In this document: positions 26,901-37,960 of the stretch, one piece after another | Position numbering within the stretch: position 1 is the stretch's first letter | How the letters are laid out: the number at the start of each line of letters is the position of its first letter | Assembly (NCBI GenBank): GCA_051362555.1 | Contig: CM120640.1 | Span: forward strand, 14,880,001 to 14,944,000 | DNA length: 64,000 bases | Origin: Lingula anatina | Taxonomy: Eukaryota > Animalia > Brachiopoda | Reading direction: 5' to 3' | Notes under the pieces: model-generated | Databases searched by the model: none | The model's input: only the letters and a program-made list of their open reading frames with translations | Told to the model about the DNA's origin: nothing | Program-made: the position numbers and the translations under genes

Positions 26901-29900
26901 AAGAAGATATAGAATGATTTTTTGCGATCCGTGTTTTTTTTTTTTTTTTTGGTCATGTCGCATTATCGTAAATGGGTCTATTCCCTTTCAAACATTGACT
27001 ACAGGTTAACCTAGGCATACGCATCAACTAACACTTTGGTTTCTACTTGGGCCTAACACCAAAATCCACGTTCGAGTGCCACGGAAGCGTTATTGTTCGA
27101 CATAGCAAGACTGACAGAACAAATGGTCGACACGACAGTGGCAGCACAGGGAGGGGTAACGTTAACAGAACGCTCCATACCGGGACAGTAATGCACGTTG
27201 CATGGCTGTTCTTCGGTTGTGTTTCCAATACATTTCTTGCCCCCGTGTACGGGATCAATACAGCTTCTGTGTCGCATGTGAGTACCCCCACCGCAAGACA
27301 CTGGACATGATGTCCAGGCAGTCCAGTCTGACCACAGGCCGTCTACTGTAATAGGCGATAAGATATAGGTGATAGATGGACATGAACTACTACGGGCGCA
27401 TTCAGAGCCAATTGATCCGCGGACTAACTAGTATGGCGCCACACTCTTGAAAGCGTGCCGAGATTAATTTGCTCTGCCCTTGCTGGGGCGGCAGGCGTGG
27501 GAGGCGGGAATCCATTTTCACGTGCGCGCCATATTTGATCTTGTCCGCGGATCAACTGGTTCTGAATGCACCCTTAGCCTTTCGAGTTTAAAAGTTTTCA
27601 ATGCCTTGCATATGTCAAAATACTAAAAAGTGTTTTCTCAACATACAACGAATGGGCAACAACAACAACAACACAAAGTCAGATAGCCTTTTTGGAGAAG
27701 CCCAAGTACTATTTTCGTAGTAAACTTGCAATTGTTTTTTATTTATCATTAGTTAACGATGGCATTACTACTCAGCGTTTTTCTTATTTCGGTAAAGGAA
27801 TTTCAAATAAATATTAACACTTGGTTGATGTTAGTAAGTGCTCTACGCTGTGATAGGTAAGTAATAAATAATTGCCATGTCTATGTTTGTATGTGTCTAG
27901 TCATTCAATTATATACAGTTCTTGAATCTGCTGTCTACACAGATAACTTATATCGCAATCCCTTTGGGTAGAGGGAACTAACATGCGGTAAAGCAAATAA
28001 AAGCAAACGCCATATGTTTTATCTATTCGTTATTAATTTTTTGTTGAAACCCAAGTATCTGGATAATTCAAATTGCAGCTACTACCCTACTGTACGATGT
28101 ATTGTACTGCATGATACCACATTGTATTGCATTGCCGTATATTGAGAATTGCGCTGTATTGAATTGCACGTTATTATCGTATTGTCAGTTTATTGAAGCA
28201 TTTACAACTATAACATCACAATCTCAAGAAAACTAAATATGTACATACCAGGGCAAACCATTAAGCTGCACGGCTTGTCTTGCGTTTTGTTTCCTTGACA
28301 GTCAGCCCCACCCCGTAATGGCGCAGGATGATCACATAGCCTCGAACGCACGCTCGTGCCTTCCCCACACGATACAGAACATACGCTCCAAGGTAACCAT
28401 GATCCCCAAGCACCATCCACTATAAATTATAAATAACATGATTTCTAAAATTAATAATTTTTTTTTTTTGAAAAAAAAAAGAAAAACATAAACTTGATTC
28501 TTTTTCTGAATGTGTGACCAACTCTAAAATGACACAGCCCAAATCAAAAATCACAACGATAATTTTTACTTTTCACCAGCGGTGCAAACAAGCAGGTCAT
28601 ATAGACCTTAGGTCTAATCTTCCTCTATAACTTGATGTTTTTTACCAAGACACGCACATATGCATTTCACGTCCCTGTTATCTAATCTCTGCCTCGGACC
28701 AGCAGTGCCGCCGTAAGGTTTTTTCTTCATTTTAACATCGCCACATTGTCTCGTTACAGGTCGAGGGAAGCGTCTTTCATTTATAATAATGATTTATGTC
28801 TGTAATGGCAACCTCGAGGTTGAAGCACAACACTGTGGTCCGATAGGTCTACTGTAGGCATGATTTTAGACTCTTCGTAAAATTGATTTAGACTGAAGCG
28901 TCATATCCCGTTCCCTTTTCTCACATCACATTTTGTCTGAGTCCAGCAGCTCGCTTGTTTTGTTGTTCAGATAATGAGGCAGGGTATTCAGTCGGGCAGA
29001 AAAAGGATGTGCACAAAAGACTGCATCATTAGAAGATATGATAAACTGGAACAAGGTTTATTTTCAGAACATGGAGGATGGTAGTTCCACCAAAACTCGT
29101 GTGTGAAAATCTTCTTGGAAGTCATTTGTGCCACTCTATGTTTTGAAGGGGCTCGAATCTTTTTTGTGGCATACAATCCCAGTTCTTGCTTTTCTTTCTC
29201 GATGTGTGGGAGGCTGGTATTTGCACACAGCTTTCGGTAATACATGCAAAGCCAGTTGTTGTGTCCGACATAAAGATCAAAAAGATATTTTATGAGGTCA
29301 CATGATGTAACGCGTTGTCGCCGACGAGTTCTTGAGTAATATGGCGTCAGGTCGAAAACACGCAATGTCCTATTGTGGGGCCACGCGTGAATTAAGGGTA
29401 GGCCTACTAAATTTATATAAGTGTGGGACATTCATTCCATATGTAAAAAGGTTCATTACATTGTGTCATACTGCTTTAAGGTAACATACAGTAATTTGCA
29501 ACGGTATCTTGGGTATGTCATTGAACGGTGCATAAAACTAATTTCATGTCTTATAGCCAGTAAATTCGTGTATTATTGATTGGAGTCTGATCAGACCATG
29601 CTTACTTAAAATGTTATAAATAACAGACATACATTTGAGCGATTACGTTTTGATGGCTACATTACATGTTCCATGCTTAACCTTGATTAGCCGATCTTGA
29701 GATTGACCTTGGTTGAAAGTTTTTTTATTTTTGGCCATAATGACTGCTTTCACTGCTGACGCGGAAAACGAATATTCAAAAATTTGCATTACGCCTTTTT
29801 TGTAATGTTTTCATTTTACAAACTAATACTTTATAATATGTCTCTTAAAACAATACTGCTGTTGATATCTACTAAAATAATTATCAAACGTCCATTTAAA

Positions 29901-30631
29901 ATACACCTCTGATGTACAACCAAGATATGATTCCCCACTAATGTTCGGACATACCTACACAGCTTACAGCTGCCATACCACAGATCCCACCTTGGTTTCT
30001 TTTTCGCTTGCAGTGCTGCACACTGGACTCATTGCCAAAGCACGTGATGACGGGGAGGTTCGTCTTCGAAAGATGACTGTCGTCAAAAGCCACTGAATAC
30101 GCTGCAAACAAGGGATAGTAATTACCGTTGAAGTTGATGACACTACAAACACGTACATGCAGTTCCCTTCCATCAGTTTTTAAAACTTCATTGATAAACA
30201 TCATTCCCTTTCAATCGTTAGGAGAGAGAGATAGAGAGAGAGACGTTCATAAGAACGGAAGGGCACTAAAATCTATTACCTTCTGACGCGTTGTTCGCTC
30301 CCAGCTGCCTGCAAGCAATGGTGGATGCTATTTGCGTCCAACCCTCGCTACACACAAAACTCCACTCTTGCATGATATCGTCATAGATACTTAGAATACC
30401 AGCTCCTTGGTCGCTGCCATTCACCAACTTGATAGGACCTAGCGAAATGCAATATATATATATATACAGGGGCGGATTTAGGGCGTCTTCTGGGTCTTCC
30501 GGAAGACAGTCAGATTTTCAAGTTTACATTGACGGGTATCCAATTTTTTCTGTCGGAAGACGGTCAAAAATGAAGAACGGATCAACAAAGATAATTTGGA
30601 AGACTGTCAGAAAATATCTCTGAATCCGCCC

Positions 30632-30676
<45 letters not shown>

Positions 30677-30824
30677 ACTAATTGATATAACATACCAGCC
30701 GTAAGTGAGGGACATCATTTAAAATAGGGAACATTATTTAGGCAACAGGGCACGAATGTTTCTTAATGGCGTTTGTGATTGTCGATATGGGATCAATAAT
30801 TTACTAAATGTAATAATCTTTTTC

Positions 30825-30905
<81 letters not shown>

Positions 30906-33893
30906 TTTTTTTCCCCAATGATTTACAATAAATATCCGTTACAAGTCCTCTTACCCCTGCAGTCTACTCCATTGCATGGAGTTGTGTCTTCGATCGGTCC
31001 CTGACAGAATCTATCTTGGCCAACAGTTCCATCGAATAGACAGGCTCTTTGCCTGCTCTTACTCCCTTGGCCACAGGTTGACTGGGTTGAGCATTCACTC
31101 CACGGTGACCATTCGCCCCAACCTGAGAAAAAAATCTGTTTTGTGCTTGAAATTCGTTTTTAAGTTGGGAATATACGGCATCGAATTAATGGAGTTCATT
31201 TCTTATTACACTAAAGTTCTTGTTTCTGTTGCTCTTTACTTCATTAAGATGGTACTCAGGAAATTCTGTTTAGTCTCTTTTACCCATATTCGAACGTTTT
31301 ATTAAAAAAGTATGTTATATTTTCAGCGTCAATATTATCGGAGATTTTCCCGACAAATCGTATTCTCACTCCAAAAAATAGTAACGTTCTTCTACCCATT
31401 AGCTTGACCCGTCCCTGAACTTGGACTGTACGTTTTACGCCACTTTCAGTTAAATAATTTGGTTGTAAATATTTCCCCTTTACACCGCTATATTTACGTG
31501 TGCACATCGGAAGGAAATATCGACATTGAGTAATTTTCCCTTGAAGGGTTCTATCGTTTTAAAGATCTCTTTATGGAATAACTAGACGTAGAAAATGTGA
31601 AAGGTCCGACCTACTTCTTAAGTCAAGGTAGTAAATCAATATATTCCAAGCGTAAAACATAAAGAGTGAATTAAAATTGATATAACCATACGTGGACACT
31701 CCCGTTCATTGCAAAGTCTGTATTCAGTGTCGGCCCCATAACAGTTAGATGCGGTTCCAACGCTACACTGACGCCTGCGCAACTGACTTCCTTGCCCACA
31801 CGATGCTGAACACCCCTGCCAGCTCTGCCACTGTGACCATTGCACGTCTGCAGCTAAAACATCATATCAGGACTGAAGTCAGCTATTCCAAAGGGGGAGG
31901 GTACTTTTTCTGAAAATGTGTACTGCTACTACTAACGCTTCAGCTTTCTAATTTATGTCAGCATAGGTACACCGGAGGTACCTGGGAATAAATTTTAAAG
32001 AATCTAACTATTATGTTTATTTGCCAAAGCTAGAGCGCATTCACAACCAAGGACTAACAGAACTGGCCTACCCACTTGAATGCTTGTCGCGTAATCCCCG
32101 CTGGAAATGTATTCACTGTCTATTAGGGGTTTGCGCGGTAACCTTTCAAGTGGGTCGGCCTTATTTGATCCGCTGATCTGTTAGTCTGCGGATCAACTTG
32201 TTCTGAGTGCGGCCAAATTTTGATTCAGAGGGGACCATTTCTAGTCAAACGGGCGGTTCTATGGAACCTCCAGAACCCTCTCTGCTCACTTTTTGGCTAC
32301 ATATATTATTATGTATTGTAACCGGATCTTCATATGACATGCACTACACGTAGAAAAGAAAGGCATTAATCATTACATGAAACAGAATAAACAAGTGTCA
32401 CATCAAGATTTCATTGTTTTTATTTAAAGTAAAGAAGTAGCAGTAGGGAAGTGAAATGTCAGTTCCAAACAAGAGTTAGAATGTTGGGGGAAATACCATA
32501 AATAATACTTCGTTTACCTTCTAGCTCGCAGTTGTTTCCCCGCCAGGTGTCCTTGCAGAGGCAGAGGTAACTGGGGTCTCCTTGCTCCGTCCTAGTATCC
32601 AGACAGTAACCTTCATGCTGGCAGGGGTTTGTGGCACACAGTCCTACGGGTATCTTAATTATATTTTATGGAAAATGAAAATAAATGTATTAATCAAAAA
32701 GCTGTAATCTGTGTTAATAAAGATGTGCCCCCCTCGCAATGCACATACAATAGATTCAGACACTTTGGAACATGAAAGTAAGTTCGATTTATTCCAAGTT
32801 TCGGGTTAAGGAATGTTCCTATAAATTTCAATTAATTACAAAAGAAAAAACCTGTACAGCAAGATTTGTTTGAGAAAAACAATAATTCGTGTTTTAAGTT
32901 GGCAACTGATACAGTGTCTACTGTACTTTAAACTTGCTCCGATTCTTAGTGTGAATAAATGATGTTTATTTTCCTAACGGTGCTTTCTTTAGGGGAACAG
33001 TTTCGTAACCAGCTGCTTGGCCAGTTCATTTCATTAAGGGGAATCTTAGTCAGTAATTTATGCAATAGTCTTAAAAACATAAATGAAAGCATAAGGTTAT
33101 ATGAAGACAAGAAACCGGTTATATCACTATTGTAACACATACTATGCACAATATTTAAAGAGACAGTCGAGGGTATAGAGGTGTGATAAAAGACAACATT
33201 TTTTTCTGTTGCCATCGTCAATTTTTGGTGCTTTTCGCCCTTCACTACGTCAAGTGATAGAGTTCGTTCCAAAGTGGACAGAAGTGTGTATCAAATGTAG
33301 TCGCTTTGACAACTTTTACAGCATTTACCACGGATAAGTGAATGATAACATGCATTCCCTCCATTTCCACTTTGTGTGGGAGAAATTTTATGCAGGTTTA
33401 GTTATTTCACCCATTTCAGTGATTCATGGGGAAGCCTTGATGTAAAAACATCAGGTTTAATAAAGCCAAAAACTTGTTATATCAATATTTTATGACACAA
33501 ACTATGCACAACATATATATAGGCAATTTTTGGTTTGATGAAAGAAAACTAGTTTTCCTGGCACCATCGACAGTTAACCGTCTTTCGCTCTATCGAGTTC
33601 CAAACTGAAAAAAAATGTGTGTTAAGTACCGTGTGCAAGGTTACTTTTACATTTAACTGCATTTTTAATAGTCAATTCAAGTAAATAGTGCATTTTGTGA
33701 AGAACATTCTAGGTCTTTTTAAAAAATCACTGTTTATAATTGACCAAGTCGTGTCTGAACATTTGGAGGTTAGACTTCTAGGCCAATTCACTTGTTGAAG
33801 TTTTATCCGTTAGATAACATAAGAATGCTTTCCTTTTTTCCACGCGGTTGTGGTGTTTCTTGCTCGACCGAAAGGTGTTGGCACAATTGCACT

Positions 33894-33924
<31 letters not shown>

Positions 33925-36271
33925 CTTTCAATTTAGATCCATCTTGTATATATGCTCAGAACAGAACGGTACATGACAGGGCGCGCCCTAATTATTTATA
34001 GTGTACTTTTTTATCACAGATTAAGATAAATCACGGTGAAAAGTCACTTTAGTTAAATTGTCTTGATTAAATTTTCTAAGAAAATGATTGCACAGTCACG
34101 GAAACGGCCGATTCATTGATTTATGGTTGGTAAAAATGTTTTAATTAAGAAGTCCCAGTCGATTGATTTGATGACAATGTTACCTTTTAGAAATGTCAGC
34201 CTTGGGAAATTGATTGTTTTGTTTAACAGTTTGACATCAAGTTTTGCCTAACAAATGAACTAAATTGCAATTCGGCAAGTGAGAGGCGATAATGCGTTTG
34301 TGATAGTTGTTAACAATTGTATTTTACAACTGTGTAGGTTTCCCAGCAATAAACGACAGATATGGTTGTCTGTGGAGGTGGCATATCGTAAACATATCAA
34401 TAATCTCGGAATATTTCTTTAATTTAATTCATAAGTACGTTTGTTCATTTTCCATTCTCATTTTACGAGATTCGTTGCTTTCTTTCTTACATGGTTATGG
34501 TTTATCTTTAATTAAAGGCAATGGAACTCCGTAACTTCGCTTGCCTTCATCTTTAATTATTACATACATGCCAAGCAATCTGTCAAGCGCAAATGCCTAA
34601 AGTGCTTTGGTATGGTATGAATCCAATACCCGATCAACCATTACACTACATTTCTTCCGTCATTACAAAGGTTAGAAAAGAATACAGGAGCTTAATCAGT
34701 GAAAGATTAAGGTATAAGTAAAAAAAAATGTGCAAGAATTGGGGTATGTTGTTAGTTCAAAGCACGGTAAAAATGGTCAACTGATCAATGAGGCGTGTGG
34801 TGGAGGGGTTTACGTGTGTCAATAAAATAAATAAATATAATTAAAACAAACAAACAAACAAAAAATTAAAGGTTGTCACCACGTGCTGTTGGGTAGTTCA
34901 TATTAACCAGGGCCCAGTTTTATAAACTCTATCCTCTGGTTAACACTATCAATCAGATGGCATTGTTGTCATCTGGGCACTTGTTTTCTAAACACAATAT
35001 CCTTATTTTTGTCTCTGATATTTTACTATCTAGTGGTAAAAATAGCTGATATCATCAGGATAACTGTCCAGAGGATAATTTTATGCAGTGGATAGTGTTG
35101 TCCATAGGATATCGCTAACCAGTGTTGATGAAACTTGGCCCATATCAGAATAAAACGATTCAGGGTTGGGGGCCCTCGAGGACGTGTGTTTTGACAGCGC
35201 GACTTGCTGCACAACACAAGGTGGACAAATAACAGCTAGGTATTTATTTTTCTTGCCTTTTAAATATTTTATTATTGACGGTGTTCTTATATCTTATAGG
35301 ATGCAAAAAAAAAAAATGACTATAAAAACGACAGAAACCCGGTTTACGTGTCTCGCCTAGTATCGTCGACCGAAAAAAGTGGGTTAATAGCACAGCATGC
35401 CTTTCCTCTGGATAGCAAAATGTATTAATTATTTACAATAGCCCCTAGGCTAAGCCACCTTTAAGACGATTTTGTCGACAGATAATGATATAATGATTCC
35501 AAGAGTTTTAATTTATTTATCATTCAGCGCGGAGAAATGAATGGCACTGTCATCCAGGTTTTGCTATCGGCTAAAAAGGCTGAGTAAAAAGGTCCAGGGC
35601 ATCAGAAAAAAAGTTTCGTGTTCACAGAAAAATACTCCCTTGCCCTATCGCGCTTTGCCTGCATGAAAGTGTTAAGCGGCATGTTTTTAATGTATGAAGG
35701 ATGAGGAGGAAGAGGAGTTATTGCGAGAGCACTTATCACCACGGCAACCTGTCCATAATCACATTTACACTCGTACTTCTAATGTTCTTTAACTTTTTTA
35801 TGACTGAAATACCGAACCCATTCTATCAATTGCTATAAATACTCAGGGAATTTTTCTCATCCGTAATTTTAAATAATCGGAGAGGGGGGGGGGGAAGCAA
35901 AGTGCATATTCATGTCAAATTGATCAATTAACGAAACAGTTATGAATTACCTGAAAGGACTCATTACGAACGCTGTAGAAGGAAATTCCATCCGCTTCCA
36001 AGAGGTTCACATCTTCATTCTTCGTTGACAAAGAATTGAGTTCGCATGTACGATTTTGGGGGCAAAAATTATACGAGTCACATCCTTTTGATACGATGCA
36101 TTGCAGCGCACATTGGGTCCTTAAATACACACCGTTAATCTGCTTCGTGGTATTTGTTCTCAAGAAATGGTTTTCTTTTACTTCATCCTCTTCTGGTTGT
36201 GGCCATTGAAATATTATCCCGTCTGTGAACCTCGTGCTGATCAAAATGAGGAAAAATAAAAGCATCACCAT
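9673..36271 (-). CDS. Large secreted mosaic protein: SP-PAN-EGF-TSP1x2-SRCR-TSP1x21-Caspr-type fibrinogen-like domain (SCO-spondin/hemicentin-like repeat array), 30 exons, about 1721 aa
   Basis: Exons in transcript order: 36271-35951, 32653-32518, 31853-31692, 31122-30955, 30438-30280, 30101-29955, 28419-28249, 27345-27181, 26458-26294, 25802-25638, 23646-23482, 23190-23026, 21184-21020, 20707-20543, 19995-19831, 19577-19413, 18766-18602, 18120-17965, 17634-17470, 16949-16785, 16381-16217, 15580-15416, 15006-14842, 14484-14320, 14001-13837, 13607-13443, 11606-11454, 11197-11057, 10770-10366, 9749-9673. Total 5166 nt, phases consistent, ending ...GKLICYG*. Joining all exons into one transcript is inferred. 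Confidence 0.82.
17876..17954. repeat. Compound microsatellite (CA)n(GA)n
   Basis: Directly visible, about 10 nt into the intron following exon 17965-18120. Confidence 0.95.
18215..18258. repeat. (TATG)n microsatellite, interrupted
   Basis: Directly visible. Confidence 0.9.
24113..24287. mobile_element. Degenerate MITE family A copy
   Basis: GGTCGCATTCAGAACCAGCTGATCCGCAGACTAACT ... AGTTAGTCAGTGGATCAATTGGTTGTGAATGCTCTC; ends are homologous to the 27394 copy. Confidence 0.65.
27394..27573. mobile_element. MITE of about 180 bp with 31-bp TIRs (family A, possibly PIF/Harbinger-like)
   Basis: GGGCGCATTCAGAGCCAATTGATCCGCGGAC ... GTCCGCGGATCAACTGGTTCTGAATGCACCC (3 mismatches). TSD is not clean. 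Confidence 0.75.
28740..29200 (-). mobile_element. Highly decayed LINE APE-endonuclease fragment in an intron
   Basis: Across frameshifts the minus strand gives NYHPP, AAGLRQNV, LNQFYEESKIMPTVET and SDHSVVLQPR, in the order expected for CR1/L2-type endonucleases (YHPP...LxQxV...YxxxxIxP..xSDH). Boundaries are approximate. Confidence 0.45.
29955..30438 (-). CDS. SRCR (scavenger receptor cysteine-rich)-like domain on two exons (30438-30280, 30101-29955)
   Basis: PIKLVNGSDQGAGILSIYDDIMQEWSFVCSEGWTQIASTIACRQLG followed by VITCFGNESSVQHC...MAAVSCV matches the SRCR pattern (xLVNG...G...WxxVC..W....VxCRQLG...CxGxExxLxxC...AxVxC). Confidence 0.8.
30467..30634. mobile_element. 168-bp MITE with CAGGGGCGGATT termini, inserted in a (TA)n tract (hAT-like ends)
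   Basis: Perfect 12-bp TIR CAGGGGCGGATT / AATCCGCCCCTG with (TA)n on both sides. A related single end CAGGGGCGGATC lies at 37133. Confidence 0.75.
30828..30912. repeat. (TA)n microsatellite followed by poly-T
   Basis: Directly visible. Confidence 0.95.
32033..32214. mobile_element. Degenerate MITE family A copy with an internal inverted repeat
   Basis: GAGCGCATTCACAACCA ... GTTAGTCTGCGGATCAACTTGTTCTGAGTGCGGCC, with internal GGCCTACCCACTTGAA / TTCAAGTGGGTCGGCC. Confidence 0.65.
32518..32653 (-). CDS. EGF-like domain exon of the mosaic gene (absent from the ORF track)
   Basis: Translates IPVGLCATNPCQHEGYCLDTRTEQGDPSYLCLCKDTWRGNNCELE, with six Cys in EGF spacing, an AG acceptor and a G|GTAAAC donor. 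Confidence 0.88.
34910..35141. mobile_element. Degenerate MITE with GGGCC termini (Harbinger-like)
   Basis: GGGCCCAGTTTTATAAAC / GTTGATGAAACTTGGCCC (15 of 18 match), plus internal TATCCTCTGG / CCAGAGGATA inverted motifs. Confidence 0.55.
35951..36271 (-). CDS. First coding exon of the mosaic gene: signal peptide plus PAN/apple-like domain
   Basis: Hydrophobic leader MVMLLFFLILISTRFTDG. TQCALQCIVSKGCDSYNFCPQNRTCELNS matches the PAN pattern CxxxC-x4-CxSxNF-x6-CELN. The phase-0 donor CAG|GTAAT matches the next (EGF) exon. Confidence 0.8.
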
Positions 36272-36378
36272 GTCACTTTTCACAAACACAGTCCCAAATG
36301 AAACCTCCTAAATATAGACGCTGTTATACCGTTGTTCTATCATTTCCAGTTGAAAGGGCAATTGCGTTCCCTTCATCC

Positions 36379-36386
36379 TTTTTATA
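36379..36386 (-). promoter_or_regulatory. Candidate TATA box for the mosaic TSP1 gene
   Basis: TATAAAAAGG on the minus strand about 110 nt upstream of the ATG at 36271. Motif and position only. Confidence 0.35.
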
Positions 36387-37960
36387 GAAATTAAAGACAC
36401 GCCTCATTTATCATGCACGGTGCATGTTGTTCCAGTTTTTTTTTCCTTTTTAGATTAAAACGTATTTTATTGATCAGTTTGGGCAGCATCCCATGGGTAT
36501 ACGACTTGCGCTTCTATTTTCATGTTACACGCAAGAAAATGTTCTCTTAACTGCTTTTTCAAATTCCCCTGTATGTAACGTTCATCATGACCATGTGAAC
36601 ATGTAAATATGAAGGGGCAGCAGGTTAATAAAATCAGCAACGTCCCCTAAGACACCTTACTTACCTTAGAATCCTCGGGTACAAAGTGCCAAATAATACC
36701 CTCGAGATTTCTTGCGAAGTGGCGGATCACTTTAACCCCCCTCTCCGCAATGATTAGAGAATTTAGAAAATTGAAGGACACGCACGCGAACAGGTAGACC
36801 CCATTTGCAACCAACACAAAGTCTGTACAGGCATGGTGGTGTTTTTCCTTTGCAGACTTCTGGAATCAACCAGAATATTGCATAACAAAAAAAAATTGAA
36901 CGATAATTACTTTTTTTTTTTTACTTTTGACAATGTTAATTCACCAAAAGCATTTTAACCGAGTGCAGCTGAAATAGAGATAATTGACTCTCTATTCGCT
37001 AATTGACAAAACGCGTGTCTCAGGTGCCTTGTCGTATATATGACCTTCGCATAACGTCTGTAACTGGGACCCGTCAATGCGTGTGTCGACTATATTTTAT
37101 TTTTATTTTTTTATAAGCTAATTTTCAAGATACAGGGGCGGATCATGGATATCAAGAAAAGTAGGTTAAGGTGGGAGCCTTGTCAATTATTGTTCCATTT
37201 TTTTTTACGCAATCAGATGCCACGTAAAGTAAAGGGACATTAGGTTCGGTGAGTTTAATAAGTAATAGCACTCAGAGATAAATACAAATGGCAAAAAGAA
37301 ATCTCAAAGGTAACACTGTAAATGGATGCAATATCCTCAAACAAAGACATGATGTGATGAGAGATTGTTTATTCTTTTGAAGAGATTGTTTATTCTTTTG
37401 AAGCATCAAATCAAAAGTTCTGTTATTTTGAATACAGGGGTTTTGACGCTTGATTATTTACCATCGCCTGCTTATGGTTATTGGTATGGTCACTTGCTTT
37501 GCACTTAAGCAAATTACTTAAAAACTGTTCAGACATTCCTTACACATTCTATCATTCATATAAATTTATTCCATAGTTTGGATGTAGGCCTAATGTAGAT
37601 GTTTGAAAAAGTTTTACACACTGGATTCATTAAGGCCAATCGAGTAACCTCAACACCCGGGACAAAAGTAAAATGGAAATATAAGATATTATAAACACAG
37701 CACAATGCACAGGTGAAAATTGTAAAATATATAAGTAAAATATAAAACCTCGAGAGAGAAGTGCATGGCAAACTTTGGCACATGTTCGTAGAATAACAAT
37801 ACATAATCGTAGGACGACAACGATGACGAGGCGTCTGAGTTCATACACCACGAAATACAGCAGTATATTTAGCGCGACGCGAAGGGGGACCATTTCTCCA
37901 TTCAGTTATACTGCACTTTTTAGGTTAAGAACGTTAAACTTAAAAAGTTTGATTAAAGTT

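Larger units (their letters stand above)
11454..28419 (-). repeat. Array of 21 single-exon thrombospondin type-1 repeats, all phase 1-1, 18 of them exactly 165 nt
   Basis: Each exon reads V(D/N)GxWxxWxxWxxCxxxCGGGxxxRxRxCxxPxxGGxxCxGxxxExxxCNxxxCP. Two more TSP1 exons lie at 31692-31853 and 30955-31122. Confidence 0.92.

Noticed and set aside
28988-29431. 147-aa intronic ORF as a nested gene
   Set aside because: No coherent domain; better explained as decayed LINE sequence plus chance.
9673-36271. Naming the gene hemicentin, SCO-spondin, ADGRB/BAI or CNTNAP
   Set aside because: No Ig/G2F, VWD/LDLa, GAIN/7TM or LamG/TM exons were found; only individual domains are shared.
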